Counted from the stretch's first letter, positions 1-9,869 are shown. The stretch is 64,000 nucleotides of DNA from a candidate division FCPU426 bacterium (GCA_963719085.1 CAVRAL010000004.1:354196-418195), one strand, 5' to 3'. The notes: generated from the letters alone by a model not told the origin. Numbers and translations are program-made.

Positions 1-379
<379 letters not shown>

Positions 380-429
380 TTATGAGCCCGCCCCGAAAGG
401 AACAGGCGCACCGTTTTCTTGATGAAGCC

Positions 430-1242
430 TTAAGCCGCCGAACCCTCCCTCACTTCATCCTCATGCGAGTGGACAGCCCCGCCGATGTACACCATGGAAA
501 GCATCATAAAAACAAAAGCCTGGATGAATGCCACGAAAATGCCGAAAACCACGATAAAGATCCTTAAAAGAAAGGGGAAAACTGAAACCACTTTCATGGA
601 AAGGGGCCCAGCCCAAAAATCAACCGCCAACAAAATGAGCACCGCCAGAAGGATTTCTTTCGCCAGCATATTGCCGAAAAGACGCATGGTCAGCGAGAGC
701 GGCTTGACCAATTCCCCGATCAAGTGGATCAAGGGCATCATCAATAAGAGAAAAACCGAGACCAACCGGAGTGTTATTTTTAAAAAAAAAGGCGCTTTAG
801 GGTCGACCTTGATCGGAGGCGGCAAAAAATGGGAAAGGTAACCCAAGAAACCTTTTTCCTTAAACCCGAGAATATGAACGGAAAAAATCACGATCAACAC
901 CATGCCCAGATTCACGTCGATCCGGCTGGTGGGCGACATCAATCCGGGCACCAAACCCATCAAGTTCGAAAAAAAGATAAAAAAGAACAGGGTAAAAAAA
1001 AGCGGAAAAAAGAAAGCCGTGTGCCGGCCCAGTTGAGCCTCCGCCAGGTTCCAGACGAAGTCCATGGAGATCTCCACGAAATTTTGAACTCCGTGAGGCA
1101 CCCATTGGGGGCGAAACCGGGCCCAGCTGAGAAGAAAAAACAAAATCGCGAAGCTGACCAGGGATAGGGTCCAGCAATTGATCAGGTTGGTGAATCCCCA
1201 AAAATGGACCGGGATCACGATGGGGGTGAGGGCCTTTTCCAC
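430..1242 (-). CDS. atpB: ATP synthase F0 subunit a
   Basis: 270 aa, polytopic membrane protein, signature ...LSLTMRLFGNMLAKEILL... typical of subunit a. Operon position between atpI-like and atpE. Confidence 0.9.
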   Translation of the reverse strand: MEKALTPIVIPVHFWGFTNLINCWTLSLVSFAILFFLLSWARFRPQWVPHGVQNFVEISMDFVWNLAEAQLGRHTAFFFPLFFTLFFFIFFSNLMGLVPGLMSPTSRIDVNLGMVLIVIFSVHILGFKEKGFLGYLSHFLPPPIKVDPKAPFFLKITLRLVSVFLLLMMPLIHLIGELVKPLSLTMRLFGNMLAKEILLAVLILLAVDFWAGPLSMKVVSVFPFLLRIFIVVFGIFVAFIQAFVFMMLSMVYIGGAVHSHEDEVREGSAA

Positions 1243-1417
1243 GAAAAACCTTTCGTCCAGAAATCAAAAACGCCCCGAAACTCGGCCGATGCCGGGCGGC
1301 GCCCGTTTAACGAAAAAATCAGCTAAAGATGTTCTTGGAGCGGGGTTAGTCTAATGTTTCGAACCGGGAGGGTCAACCCTGACTGAGTCCGATTTTCAGG
1401 CCCTCGGGGCCCGTTTT

Positions 1418-1789
1418 TCAGGAAATTTTCGGGGGATTTCGGCGGCGCCAGGCGGCGGTCAAAAGCACCGCGAGGCACCAAAAGTAACCGAGGCAAGCGC
1501 CGAAAAAACAATCGGCTGAGAAACGCCAAAAGACCCAACAGGCTAAAATAAAAAAAGTCCAGCGCGCCAAGTTGAAAAACCAAAAAAAAGCCAGCCCCTT
1601 ACGAAGATCGCCCGAGAGGGTCTTTTCGGTCAACCGTTCCAGCCCCCAAAAATTAACTAAAGCGGCCAGCGTGCCGAATAAAACGCCCAGGCCTAAATCC
1701 CGGTGCCCCCCGAGAAGCGCGCCGACCGCTAAAACCGCGCCCCCCAAAAGTCCGAAAACCCCGACTTTTTGGTTTCTAAAAAGGCTCAT
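1418..1789 (-). CDS. ATP synthase protein I-like small membrane protein
   Basis: 123 aa, ~4 predicted TM helices, immediately upstream of atpB. Overlapping alternative-frame ORFs 1323..1583 and 1572..1829 are judged spurious. Confidence 0.5.
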   Translation of the reverse strand: MSLFRNQKVGVFGLLGGAVLAVGALLGGHRDLGLGVLFGTLAALVNFWGLERLTEKTLSGDLRKGLAFFWFFNLARWTFFILACWVFWRFSADCFFGACLGYFWCLAVLLTAAWRRRNPPKIS

Positions 1790-2025
1790 GACGCGGGCGG
1801 CTTTATGTTTTCATTTTGAATTTTTTTAAGTTCGACGAAGAGCGTGTAATAACCAGCCACGATGCCAATCAAGGCCCCGACGATCAAAATCCAATCCCCG
1901 CAATGGAAAAGTTTTTGGGCGCCCCAACCCAATCCCAGCCCGGCGAAAATGGAAAAAGCGAAATTTAGCCCGAGGAGGGAGAGTCGTAAGAGATGGGGGC
2001 GGCCGGATAATTTTCCCTTGTCCAA
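1786..2025 (-). CDS. AtpZ/AtpI-family small membrane protein (putative F0F1-ATPase-associated subunit)
   Basis: 79 aa, two hydrophobic helices (LLGLNFAFSIFAGLGLGWGA / ILIVGALIGIVAGYYTLFV), first gene of the atp F0 cluster, 4-nt overlap with the atpI-like gene. Confidence 0.55.
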   Translation of the reverse strand: MDKGKLSGRPHLLRLSLLGLNFAFSIFAGLGLGWGAQKLFHCGDWILIVGALIGIVAGYYTLFVELKKIQNENIKPPAS

Positions 2026-2291
2026 GTGCCATCCTTTTCAATGTGGAAAGCCGCCTTGATATAAGCTCCCTGGGGCGGCAGGAGTTTCTCAACTTTGGGC
2101 CGGTCTTCCTTCACGATGACGAGCCCTAAGCCGCAGTCATCCTGAATATCCCGGGGCCGGGGAATCAACTTAAAGCGAAAACGGCTTTCCTTTAGTACGG
2201 CCTCGGCGTGCATGGTCTCGTGGGTGGTGTGAAAAAGCAGGATGAAATGCTTGTCCGTCAGCTCGTAACGGCCCGTTGAGGAAGAAGCCAC
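1965..2291 (-). CDS. DUF3343-family protein
   Basis: Core FILLFHTTHETMHAEAVLKE...FKLIPRPRDIQDDCGLGLVI matches the DUF3343 pattern as recalled (hydrophobic strand - THxAxxAExxLK - LIPxPRxISxDCG). The C-terminal 20 aa overlap the atpZ-like start, so one of the two starts/ends is probably shorter. Confidence 0.5.
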   Translation of the reverse strand: MASSSTGRYELTDKHFILLFHTTHETMHAEAVLKESRFRFKLIPRPRDIQDDCGLGLVIVKEDRPKVEKLLPPQGAYIKAAFHIEKDGTWTRENYPAAPISYDSPSSG

Positions 2292-2292
2292 G

Positions 2293-2793
2293 TCAGGTGT
2301 TGGAATTGGGGCCCGGCAGGTCTTTGAAATCCGTGGGCGTAAGGTTTTCCAGGAATTTCTTGAACTCGCTCATTTCTTCCTTGTACTTTTCCTTGTCCAC
2401 GATCGTGGCGTTGATGACCACCTTTTCAGCCACGAAAATCGGGGCGTCGCACCGAAGGGCCAAGGCGATGGCGTCCGAGGGCCGGGCGTCGACCTCGTAC
2501 TTTTCCCCCGATTCGGTTTCCAAAAAAACCCGGGCGAAAAACGTGTTTTGATTGATGTCGTTGACCAGGACCTTATTGACCTTGCCGCCTAAAATCTCAA
2601 TGACATTTTTCAACAAGTCATGGGTCATGGGCCGGGGCAGGGTCTGCTCGTTGAGCTGGATGAAAATCGCCGTGGCTTCGGCCACGCCGATCCAAATGGG
2701 CAGATAGCGCTTTTCTTCCTCGTCGGTGAGGATCACGGCGGGGGTTTTTAAATTGGGGTCGACGGCGATCCCGCGCACTTTCATTTCGATCAT
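2293..2793 (-). CDS. bifunctional nuclease (BFN / DUF151) family protein
   Basis: 166 aa. MIEMKVRGIAVDP...PAVILTDEE..RYLPIWIG..EA.AI...L......PRPMTHDLL is the conserved BFN N-terminal pattern. Confidence 0.75.
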   Translation of the reverse strand: MIEMKVRGIAVDPNLKTPAVILTDEEEKRYLPIWIGVAEATAIFIQLNEQTLPRPMTHDLLKNVIEILGGKVNKVLVNDINQNTFFARVFLETESGEKYEVDARPSDAIALALRCDAPIFVAEKVVINATIVDKEKYKEEMSEFKKFLENLTPTDFKDLPGPNSNT

Positions 2794-2902
2794 GGGTTAA
2801 ACTCCGTTCACGTTCACGAACCAAAGCTGGAAAAGGATGTGAGCTGATTATAGGGGCCGCGCCCAAGGCTTTCAACGACCCGGCCCAAAAAAGGACCGCT
2901 TG

Positions 2903-3484
2903 TCAGGACTTTTGGGTGGAATTTTTAAAATCAATCTCGGCGAAAATCTGGGCCTCAAAACCCAGTACTTCGGCCTTTTGCCGCCAGCTTCCCGCGGGGA
3001 GCCCCGCCTTCACGCAGGTCTGGTCGAGGAACATTTCCCGGTTCCACCCGTAATCCATGGCCACTTGGGGAAGCAAAAGTCCCGACCGGTTTCCTTGGCG
3101 CACGATGAGACCGTGGATTCCCAGCTTCACTTTTTCCGGATTCAAAGGTTTGGGCAGGGTCAAAACGGAGATCTCGATTTTCACCCGGGCCAATTCTTCC
3201 AACCGCAGCATGGGAAAACGCGGATCGTGAAGGGCCGCGCCCACCGCCGCTTCCTGGATCGCCTCCACCAAGGGCTTGTTCGGATAAGGAAACCCGATAC
3301 AGCCCCGGAGTTCCCCGTCCATCCAAAGTGTCACGAAAGTTCCCCGCTTTTCCCTTAGGAGCGGCGAGAGTGATTCCACCGGCGGAAGCTTCCGCCCTTT
3401 CTGCAGGGTCGTCTGGATGGCGTTGCGGGCCAAATCCAAAAGCAGTTTTTGATCTTCTTCTTTCACCATTTCCGCAGGATTCAC
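2903..3484 (-). CDS. amrA: AMMECR1-domain protein (AmmeMemoRadiSam system protein A-like)
   Basis: 193 aa. Conserved ...GTFVTLWMDGELRGCIGFP... and ...AALHDPRFP... AMMECR1 motifs. Confidence 0.8.
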   Translation of the reverse strand: MNPAEMVKEEDQKLLLDLARNAIQTTLQKGRKLPPVESLSPLLREKRGTFVTLWMDGELRGCIGFPYPNKPLVEAIQEAAVGAALHDPRFPMLRLEELARVKIEISVLTLPKPLNPEKVKLGIHGLIVRQGNRSGLLLPQVAMDYGWNREMFLDQTCVKAGLPAGSWRQKAEVLGFEAQIFAEIDFKNSTQKS

Positions 3485-3519
3485 CGAAATCTCCTTAAGA
3501 TTGGCTCAGACCCTAAGTT

Positions 3520-4353
3520 TCACCGGCAAAAGGCCACGGCGGCGTATCCCACAACCCGGGACTTATCCTTCGTGACGTCGCCTGAATTACGATAATTCAA
3601 CAATTGGATTTTTTGGGCTTTTTCGTGAGCCGCCCACTTCACCAGCGCTGAAAGCGGCTCCGGGCCGCAATGGGTGCAAAAATAATTGGGATGTTTTTCG
3701 GCCAGAATTTCCCGATGGACGGCCTGAATTTCCACCTCATCCCCTTTTAAAAGGGCCGCCAAAAAACGCCGGTCCGCTTCCACCGCCGTCGCGTAGTCGG
3801 GGTAATGGGAAAGATCCGAGGAGGCCACCAATAAAAAAGGCTTTTGGCGCCCTAAGGCTTTCAAGGCCCGAACCAAGGGCGCCACGGTGGCCGCCTGGCC
3901 TTGGCCCGTAATCAGCGGCACCACCCGGGCCCCGGGGCAATAGCGGCGGATCAGGGGAAAATGAACTTCCACCGAATGTTCCCGCGCGAAAGCCGGCTCG
4001 AATTGGGAAAAAGCCTTTTCTTGACCCAATAGAAACTCGCAGGCCTCTTGGTCCACCGGCAAATCACCCAGGGGCGTTTCCACCGCCTCGCCCGCGAAAA
4101 GGGCCACGCCGGGAAAACGAACCGAATGACTGGGGCCCGCCACCACGATGGTTTTAACGGCCCGGGTCAGCGAGCGGTAGCCCAAGGCCGCGAGCGCGCC
4201 GGAATAAACATAGCCCGCGTGCGGCAAAAGAAATCCCAAGGCCTCGCCGGGAAGTTTCGGGACCGCGATGGTCTCGAAGGTTTGAAAAAGTTTTTTAAGC
4301 TCCGCCGGTTCTCCGGGATAAAACTGTCCGCCAACCACGGAAGGCAGTCTCAT
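3520..4353 (-). CDS. amrB: MEMO1-family protein (AmmeMemoRadiSam system protein B-like)
   Basis: 277 aa. GGQFYPG..., LLPHAGYVYSG, VVAGPSHS motifs of the Memo/dioxygenase-class-III fold. Adjacent to and co-oriented with the AMMECR1 gene. Confidence 0.8.
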   Translation of the reverse strand: MRLPSVVGGQFYPGEPAELKKLFQTFETIAVPKLPGEALGFLLPHAGYVYSGALAALGYRSLTRAVKTIVVAGPSHSVRFPGVALFAGEAVETPLGDLPVDQEACEFLLGQEKAFSQFEPAFAREHSVEVHFPLIRRYCPGARVVPLITGQGQAATVAPLVRALKALGRQKPFLLVASSDLSHYPDYATAVEADRRFLAALLKGDEVEIQAVHREILAEKHPNYFCTHCGPEPLSALVKWAAHEKAQKIQLLNYRNSGDVTKDKSRVVGYAAVAFCR

Positions 4354-4386
4354 CGGCGGATCGAACCCCAGGGAGCCCGCACAACC

Positions 4387-4959
4387 TTAAGCCTTCACCA
4401 ATTTCAGGATCTTGTCGCGGGTATAGGGCCAGGCGCCCTCCGGAATCACCGGCAGCGACCCGGCGGTAAACATGGAAGTTTCCAAGGGAACCCAGGACTT
4501 GCACCCGTCATAAGAAGGCTTGTGGGGTAAATCAAGCGGAACGGGCAAGGCGTAAACCCGGACCAGAAAAAGATAAAGCCCTTCCCACTCGTCGTAATGA
4601 AATCGCTTTTGGACGGCTTCTTCGCTTAAAACCGTGAAAGGAATGAGCCGCCGGCAAATTTCCCAATCCGTCACCTTTTCCACGGCTTCCGCCATGGCGT
4701 AAAGCCGAAAATGGATGCGTTTGACGTCTTTATGTTCCCTCTCGATGGCCGCCAGACGCGGCCGCCAATCGGGCTTGATGGCCTCGGGTGTTTGGTGCTC
4801 GAAGGTGGGATAAAGGAAAAACTCCGGATGTTCGGGCTTGAAATGGCCGCCCTCTTCCGCGATTCCGCCTTTTCGAAGCAGAATCGTCTGTTTTCCCTCT
4901 TCCAGGGCCTTGATGACCGCGGCCCATTCTTTTAACGCGACATTATTTTGAAGTTTCAT
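4387..4959 (-). CDS. hypothetical protein, DUF1802-like
   Basis: 190 aa soluble protein (KEWAAVIKALEEGKQTILLRKGGI...FFLYPTFEHQ). Family assignment is from memory only. Confidence 0.45.
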   Translation of the reverse strand: MKLQNNVALKEWAAVIKALEEGKQTILLRKGGIAEEGGHFKPEHPEFFLYPTFEHQTPEAIKPDWRPRLAAIEREHKDVKRIHFRLYAMAEAVEKVTDWEICRRLIPFTVLSEEAVQKRFHYDEWEGLYLFLVRVYALPVPLDLPHKPSYDGCKSWVPLETSMFTAGSLPVIPEGAWPYTRDKILKLVKA

Positions 4960-5004
4960 AGGAAATTGATTATGTGGATTTCTATTTGAACTTTCAAGGA
5001 CAAA

Positions 5005-5877
5005 TCAGGAACGGGCTAAAAGAATAATTCCGCTCAAGGCCAACAGGGTTCCGCCTAAAACTTTCGGGGCTTGCGAAAAACGAATTTCCTTGAAAACCAA
5101 AAGCGACCAAGCCGCGTAAACCAGCGAGTTGGCGTTCACGATGGGAACCGCCCGGGACAGGCCCAAAAATTGGATGGCCAAAAGAAAAAAGGCCATTCCC
5201 CCGACCCAAAGCGACGCCGAAAGAAATCCAGCCAAGAGACTTTTCGCCGCTCCCCCATTCCCCTTTTGAAAAGGCCACAGAACAAAACCGGGAAGACATC
5301 CTCCCAAGGCCAAACCGCTTAAAAAGGTAAGCGGCGGCAGGGCCGAAGCCGGGTCTAAAAGCGGGGCGATTTTGATGGGCACAAAATAAGCGCCCCAAAA
5401 TAAACCGGCGCCCAAGGCCAGGGGCAGGCCGTTTCTCAGGTTTTCGGCCTTCGGTTCGGCGGGCTCCGCGATGGAAACCAACCAAGCCCCGGCGAAAAGC
5501 AGCAGGCCTCCCGCCGCGATCAGGCTCAAGGCGCCCGGCCCCGAGCCTTCTTTGAAAACGATGATTCCGATGAGAATATTGATGAACGTATTCAGGCTAA
5601 AAAGCATCGTGCCCTTCGCCAGGCTGATTCGCTCCAAGGCGGCGTTCGCCATCAATTGGCCGCCCGCCCATAACAAACCGGATAAAAGCGCCAAGGCGAA
5701 GGCCATCGGATGGGCCGCCAGATTGACCAAGCCTCCCCGCAAAAAGAGAAGGTCCATGACCAAAATGCCCAGGGCCATAAAGGGAAAAAAGGAAGCGCCC
5801 TTGGCGGCGGAAAAACGCACCGGCACCATATAGCTGCCCAAACAAAGAAGCGCCGCGAAAGCGTAAAACAATGCCAT
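5005..5877 (-). CDS. DMT-superfamily (EamA-like) membrane transporter
   Basis: 290 aa, ~10 hydrophobic helices, two-halved internal repeat architecture typical of EamA-like proteins. Confidence 0.55.
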   Translation of the reverse strand: MALFYAFAALLCLGSYMVPVRFSAAKGASFFPFMALGILVMDLLFLRGGLVNLAAHPMAFALALLSGLLWAGGQLMANAALERISLAKGTMLFSLNTFINILIGIIVFKEGSGPGALSLIAAGGLLLFAGAWLVSIAEPAEPKAENLRNGLPLALGAGLFWGAYFVPIKIAPLLDPASALPPLTFLSGLALGGCLPGFVLWPFQKGNGGAAKSLLAGFLSASLWVGGMAFFLLAIQFLGLSRAVPIVNANSLVYAAWSLLVFKEIRFSQAPKVLGGTLLALSGIILLARS

Positions 5878-5892
5878 GATTTTCCTTTGAGT

Positions 5893-7254
5893 TCAGCGCT
5901 GGGGCGTGGGCGCCAGAATGGCGGAAACCCGCCGCAGTAAAATAAACCCCACCACCCGCATCACCAAGATGAGCCCGATCAAAGCCGTGGGCGACACATG
6001 GCCGTAGATAAAAGAGGAAAAAGATCCGGCCACGAGAACGCCAATATAAACAAAGGCCGTGGAGGCGGCCACGACTTTCGCCCTTTCCTTCTCATCGATG
6101 ATGCTCATCCAAACCGCGGTGCTGACCGAGGCGTAAAGCGACCCGCCCACCGCGCCCAGGCTGGCGGACAAGAGGCAGCCGATCAAAAGTCCGCTGGAAC
6201 CGGGCGTGATCCAAAGCAAAAGCGCCATCGCGCCCACGCCAAAAAGCTGGTCGAAACCAAGGATTTTCACGATCTGTCTTTCCGACAAATTCGGCATGAG
6301 GAAAAAAAGCATGAAGAAAGCCACATAGGCCGAACCTTGGGTCAGGATGGAGAGGTAGGAATCCCGAAGCCCCAGGTACCGCGCGTAATAAAGCGAGGCG
6401 TAAATGGCCCAGGTGGCGATGAACCATTCATCGATCAAACGCGAGGATAGGAAAAGAATCCAGCCGGGCTTTTTCAGGTATTTGCGTAAAGTGAGGACAT
6501 ACTGGCCTAAACCTTCCTTTAAAATCCGCGCCCAGGACCCCGGGGGCTTCTCATAAATTTCCGATTGGGGTAAAAGCCGCCAGCGCAGCGCGATGCCGAC
6601 CGTCACCGAGCCGAAGAAAAACCAATACATCCCATGGCAAGCCGGGCCCAAGCCCATTTTTTCCACCCAAAGCCCGCCCAACAATGGGAAAAAAAACAGG
6701 AACGGCGCCAAGTTGACCAGTTGCAACACCGTATAGACATATCCGCGTTTTTTAGCCGAAAGGTCCTCGGCCAAAAGGCATTGGTAAGGAGGCAGGGATA
6801 GGGCATTGGTGGCGATAAAAAAGATCGCGGCGATGCACCACCATTTGTTGTGGGCCAGGGCCAGACACAACGTGTACCCGCACCAGGTAAAGATGTCAAA
6901 AGTGATGAGGGCCCGCTTGCGGCCCCAAACATCCGAAAAGTAGCCGCCCAGAAAAAAACCCACCAGCCCCACGGCCTTCATCAAAAATTGGTAAAGACCC
7001 ACCTCGGTCTCGGACAATCCCAATTGCACCATATAAAGACTCAGGTAAGGAGCGACCATGCAAAGGCTGATGGTCCAAAGCACGCCGGCGTAAATGGTGA
7101 CGGATTGCCGGCGGGGCATGCTTAAAAACATACGGCGGGTTTTTAAACCATGCCGCCCGATCAAAAACATCGGCTTATCCAAAAGAGCCGCGTTCCATTC
7201 CCCGCCGATGGAACGGGCCAGGGAGCGCAAGGCGGAAAAAAGAGTCAGGATCAC
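5893..7254 (-). CDS. MFS transporter
   Basis: 453 aa, 12 predicted TM segments, GRKRAL-type loop motif (DVWGRKRALIT) between TM2 and TM3. Confidence 0.75.
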   Translation of the reverse strand: MILTLFSALRSLARSIGGEWNAALLDKPMFLIGRHGLKTRRMFLSMPRRQSVTIYAGVLWTISLCMVAPYLSLYMVQLGLSETEVGLYQFLMKAVGLVGFFLGGYFSDVWGRKRALITFDIFTWCGYTLCLALAHNKWWCIAAIFFIATNALSLPPYQCLLAEDLSAKKRGYVYTVLQLVNLAPFLFFFPLLGGLWVEKMGLGPACHGMYWFFFGSVTVGIALRWRLLPQSEIYEKPPGSWARILKEGLGQYVLTLRKYLKKPGWILFLSSRLIDEWFIATWAIYASLYYARYLGLRDSYLSILTQGSAYVAFFMLFFLMPNLSERQIVKILGFDQLFGVGAMALLLWITPGSSGLLIGCLLSASLGAVGGSLYASVSTAVWMSIIDEKERAKVVAASTAFVYIGVLVAGSFSSFIYGHVSPTALIGLILVMRVVGFILLRRVSAILAPTPQR

Positions 7255-7384
7255 AAAGCCGCCTTAACCGGTTTAATCACTCGACAGCCAAAATAAGCCA
7301 CTTCGATCGACCCGAGAAATCTAACTCGGAAGGTTGATTATTCTATTCGACCGGGAGGCTTTCAACCCTTTTGTTCCAATCCTA

Positions 7385-8536
7385 CTAAACAGCCTGAAAC
7401 TTCCTTCGAATCCACCGGTTGGCGGGCGTTTCAAAGAAATGAAAAGACAGGGCCGCCACCGCCGTTGAGACCGCCGCGAAAATCGGGAACGAAAAATAAA
7501 TGTTCCCGCCCATCAACCGGGGCGACAGAAAATAAAGGACGGTCGTATGAAAAAGATAATTGCCATAGCTGTACTTGCCGGGAAGCGAGAAAATCCAAAA
7601 AAATTTCGACTCCAACCACGGGAGATTCAAGCCCCCCAAGAGGGCCAGGGCCAGCGCGGCGGCGGCCGACCAGGGGGCGTAAAAAGAATCAAAAAGTTCC
7701 GCGCTGGAAGTCGTCCAAAAAACCACCGCGAACCCGGCGAAGCCGATCAAGGCCAATCCCAAGGACCAACTGGGCCTAGTGCGTAAACCCGGCCCCCAGT
7801 TTTTTTGTAAAAAGTAAAGGCCGATGCCCAGCCCGATTTGATCGAAATAACCAAAAGATCCCCACTTCCAATCGAAACCATTATCCAAGGGCTGTTGAAA
7901 CACGAACCAACGCCAGCCGAATCCCAGGGCCAACAACGCCCCCAAAAAGAAACCCAGGTTCCGCGGCCGCTTTAGGAAATTTAAAATCAGGGGATAAAAA
8001 AGATAAAACTGCTCCTCCACCGCGAGCGACCAAAGCACGCCCCAATGGAGGCTGATGTCTCCCCACCGGTTCAAACTCCAGTAAGCCCGGGCCCAATTGA
8101 AAGCGAAAAATAAAAGCGGCAGCCAAAAAGTAAGGTCGCCGGGGTGCTTCGGCAGGTGAAAACAACAGGCGAAAAGCAGGGACGATTTTTTTAAAAAGAT
8201 CCAAAAGCAAAGCCCGATCAGGATATCCAAAACCAACAACGGGACAATGCGCCCGACCCGGTGGGCGTAAAACCGGCCCCAACCCGCTTTAAAAGCGCCC
8301 CCGGGCGCTTGGTCTAAGATACGGGTGATCAGAAATCCCGAGATCATAAAAAAGACCGAGACCCCGTAAGCCCCGTTCCGTTGCAAATGGTCCCAAATCT
8401 CCGGCAAGTCTTTTTGGGGGTCCAAAAGCCAGGGCGTGGAATGAAGCGCCAGCACCGGCAGAATCGCCAAGGTTCGCGCCAGGTCGATCACTTGAATATT
8501 ATGAGCCGGTGTTTTAACCAGGGGGCGGGGGAGCAT
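7385..8536 (-). CDS. acyltransferase family 3 (OafA-like) integral membrane protein
   Basis: 383 aa. N-terminal LDILRTLAILPVLALHS...GVSVFFMISGFLIT matches the acyltransferase-3 signature. Confidence 0.75.
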   Translation of the reverse strand: MLPRPLVKTPAHNIQVIDLARTLAILPVLALHSTPWLLDPQKDLPEIWDHLQRNGAYGVSVFFMISGFLITRILDQAPGGAFKAGWGRFYAHRVGRIVPLLVLDILIGLCFWIFLKKSSLLFACCFHLPKHPGDLTFWLPLLFFAFNWARAYWSLNRWGDISLHWGVLWSLAVEEQFYLFYPLILNFLKRPRNLGFFLGALLALGFGWRWFVFQQPLDNGFDWKWGSFGYFDQIGLGIGLYFLQKNWGPGLRTRPSWSLGLALIGFAGFAVVFWTTSSAELFDSFYAPWSAAAALALALLGGLNLPWLESKFFWIFSLPGKYSYGNYLFHTTVLYFLSPRLMGGNIYFSFPIFAAVSTAVAALSFHFFETPANRWIRRKFQAV

Positions 8537-8545
8537 GGAGGCGCT

Positions 8546-9310
8546 TTAAAAATTAAGGGATAGGATTTTTATTTGGCGCTCAAGCTGTTCCATTTGCCGG
8601 AAGCATTGGTAATAGGGGTCCGCCAAGTAAGCGTAATGCTCATGTTTGCCCGGTTGGCGTTCCGCCAAGGCTAGGCCTTCCAAAAAGGCCGAATTTCGGA
8701 CTTTTTCAAGCTCCAAAATAAAATCAGTTTCTAAAAAATGCTCGTAAACCAGAATTTTGCCCAGGTTGCGCTCGATCCGTTCGCGTTGGTGCTTCAAATA
8801 GTCGTGCCAATGGTCAAAGCCCAGAAAGCTCAACCGCGCGGACCCCGATCCGGGTTTTATCTTCTCGAAAATCTTGAAAAAATCATCATCCGTAGGCTTC
8901 TCAATATTGCACCGGTGCTCCGCTCCCGCCAAGGCCGTATCGAAAATCTGTTTAGTCTGGGTAATGATTTCCTTTAAATAAGGCACCACCACCCGGCTCA
9001 TATTGCGTTGGTTCATCCGGTCCGGGTAATAAATGGTCAGTAGATAAAAGAAAAAAGAGGCGATATAGGTGAGGGAAAGTCCGGCCACCAGTTCGGTATG
9101 GTCCTTCTCATAAAGCCAGGACGATACTCCTAAAAGCAAAACTAAAAACCAATTGCGCCGAAGGAAAACCCCAATCTCCCAGGCGATATTGCGCAGATGG
9201 CGTTTCACGAGGCTTGTCCCGGTTCCGGAATTTCGCGGATCATCACAATGGCGTCTTCCAAATTGTCGCTGTAATACTGTTTGCGGATGGCGATTGAGCG
9301 AAACTGGCAT
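8546..9310 (-). CDS. hypothetical protein with two N-terminal TM helices
   Basis: 254-aa ORF. The first ~35 codons overlap rimI, so the true start is probably internal. No recognisable domain. Confidence 0.4.
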   Translation of the reverse strand: MPVSLNRHPQTVLQRQFGRRHCDDPRNSGTGTSLVKRHLRNIAWEIGVFLRRNWFLVLLLGVSSWLYEKDHTELVAGLSLTYIASFFFYLLTIYYPDRMNQRNMSRVVVPYLKEIITQTKQIFDTALAGAEHRCNIEKPTDDDFFKIFEKIKPGSGSARLSFLGFDHWHDYLKHQRERIERNLGKILVYEHFLETDFILELEKVRNSAFLEGLALAERQPGKHEHYAYLADPYYQCFRQMEQLERQIKILSLNF

Positions 9311-9660
9311 TTTTCATAGAGCGCCTGGGCCGCCTGGTTTCCCGCCCGCACTTCCAAGGTGGCCAGGCGGGAGCCCCGCTTGGCCGCGAATTCCACACAG
9401 CGCTCGATCATTTCTTGGCCTAAACCCTTACGCCGAAAGTCGGGGCCGATGGCCAAGTTGATGATATGGGCTTCCTCGGGCGCCTGCCAATAGCCCATAT
9501 AACCGGCGACCCTTCCTTCCACTTCCACCACAAAATAATGCGCCAGGGGCCGGCGCAGTTCTTCCTCAAAAAGCTCCTTGGACCAGGGCGAGGGCATCGA
9601 AGCTTTCTCGATTTGCGTCACTTGGTCCAGGTCCACTTCCAGCATGGGTCGAAAAATCAC
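9205..9660 (-). CDS. rimI: ribosomal-protein-alanine N-acetyltransferase
   Basis: 151-aa GNAT fold (RRKGLGQEMIERC). Classic tsaE-tsaB-rimI neighbourhood. Confidence 0.85.
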   Translation of the reverse strand: MIFRPMLEVDLDQVTQIEKASMPSPWSKELFEEELRRPLAHYFVVEVEGRVAGYMGYWQAPEEAHIINLAIGPDFRRKGLGQEMIERCVEFAAKRGSRLATLEVRAGNQAAQALYEKCQFRSIAIRKQYYSDNLEDAIVMIREIPEPGQAS

Positions 9661-9740
9661 GGAAAACCTTTCGTCACGGGAACAATGATAAACGCGGATA
9701 AACGCGGATAATAATTAAAAAAATCCAAGAGAAAATAATT

Positions 9741-9860
9741 GGTTGTTCATCCGCGTGCATCTGCGTCCGCGTCGCTTCTCCATATAGTTGTTAAGGGAGA
9801 GCAACATTGTCCCGGGTGTCTTTAACTACGATATGGAATCCCGGGACATCATTGTAAATG
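9741..9860. repeat. conserved intergenic element, copy A (upstream of rimI); homologous to 52800-52890
   Basis: ~65 nt at ~80% identity with 52807-52866 (ctgcgtc..ccgcgtccgcgtcgctt[ct]tccatat..agtt..a.gggagagc[ag]acattg.ccc). Followed in copy A by a 13-bp-stem hairpin (acattgtcccggg...cccgggacatcattgt). Confidence 0.5.
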
Positions 9861-9869
9861 TTTTTGTCC

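Noticed and set aside
1330-1400. tRNA-like GGTTCGAA motif
   Set aside because: No acceptor stem, D-arm or anticodon arm could be folded around it. It lies in the atpB-atpI spacer and is probably a coincidental match.
8546-9310. Full-length 254-aa ORF as annotated by the track
   Set aside because: The first 106 nt overlap rimI in another frame and there is no internal Met before the TM helices. Kept as a low-confidence CDS with uncertain start rather than rejected outright.
9800-9830. Sigma-54 (-24 GG / -12 GC) promoter inside the conserved element upstream of rimI and the PII gene
   Set aside because: GG and GC are separated by 9 nt rather than the strict 10 in both copies.
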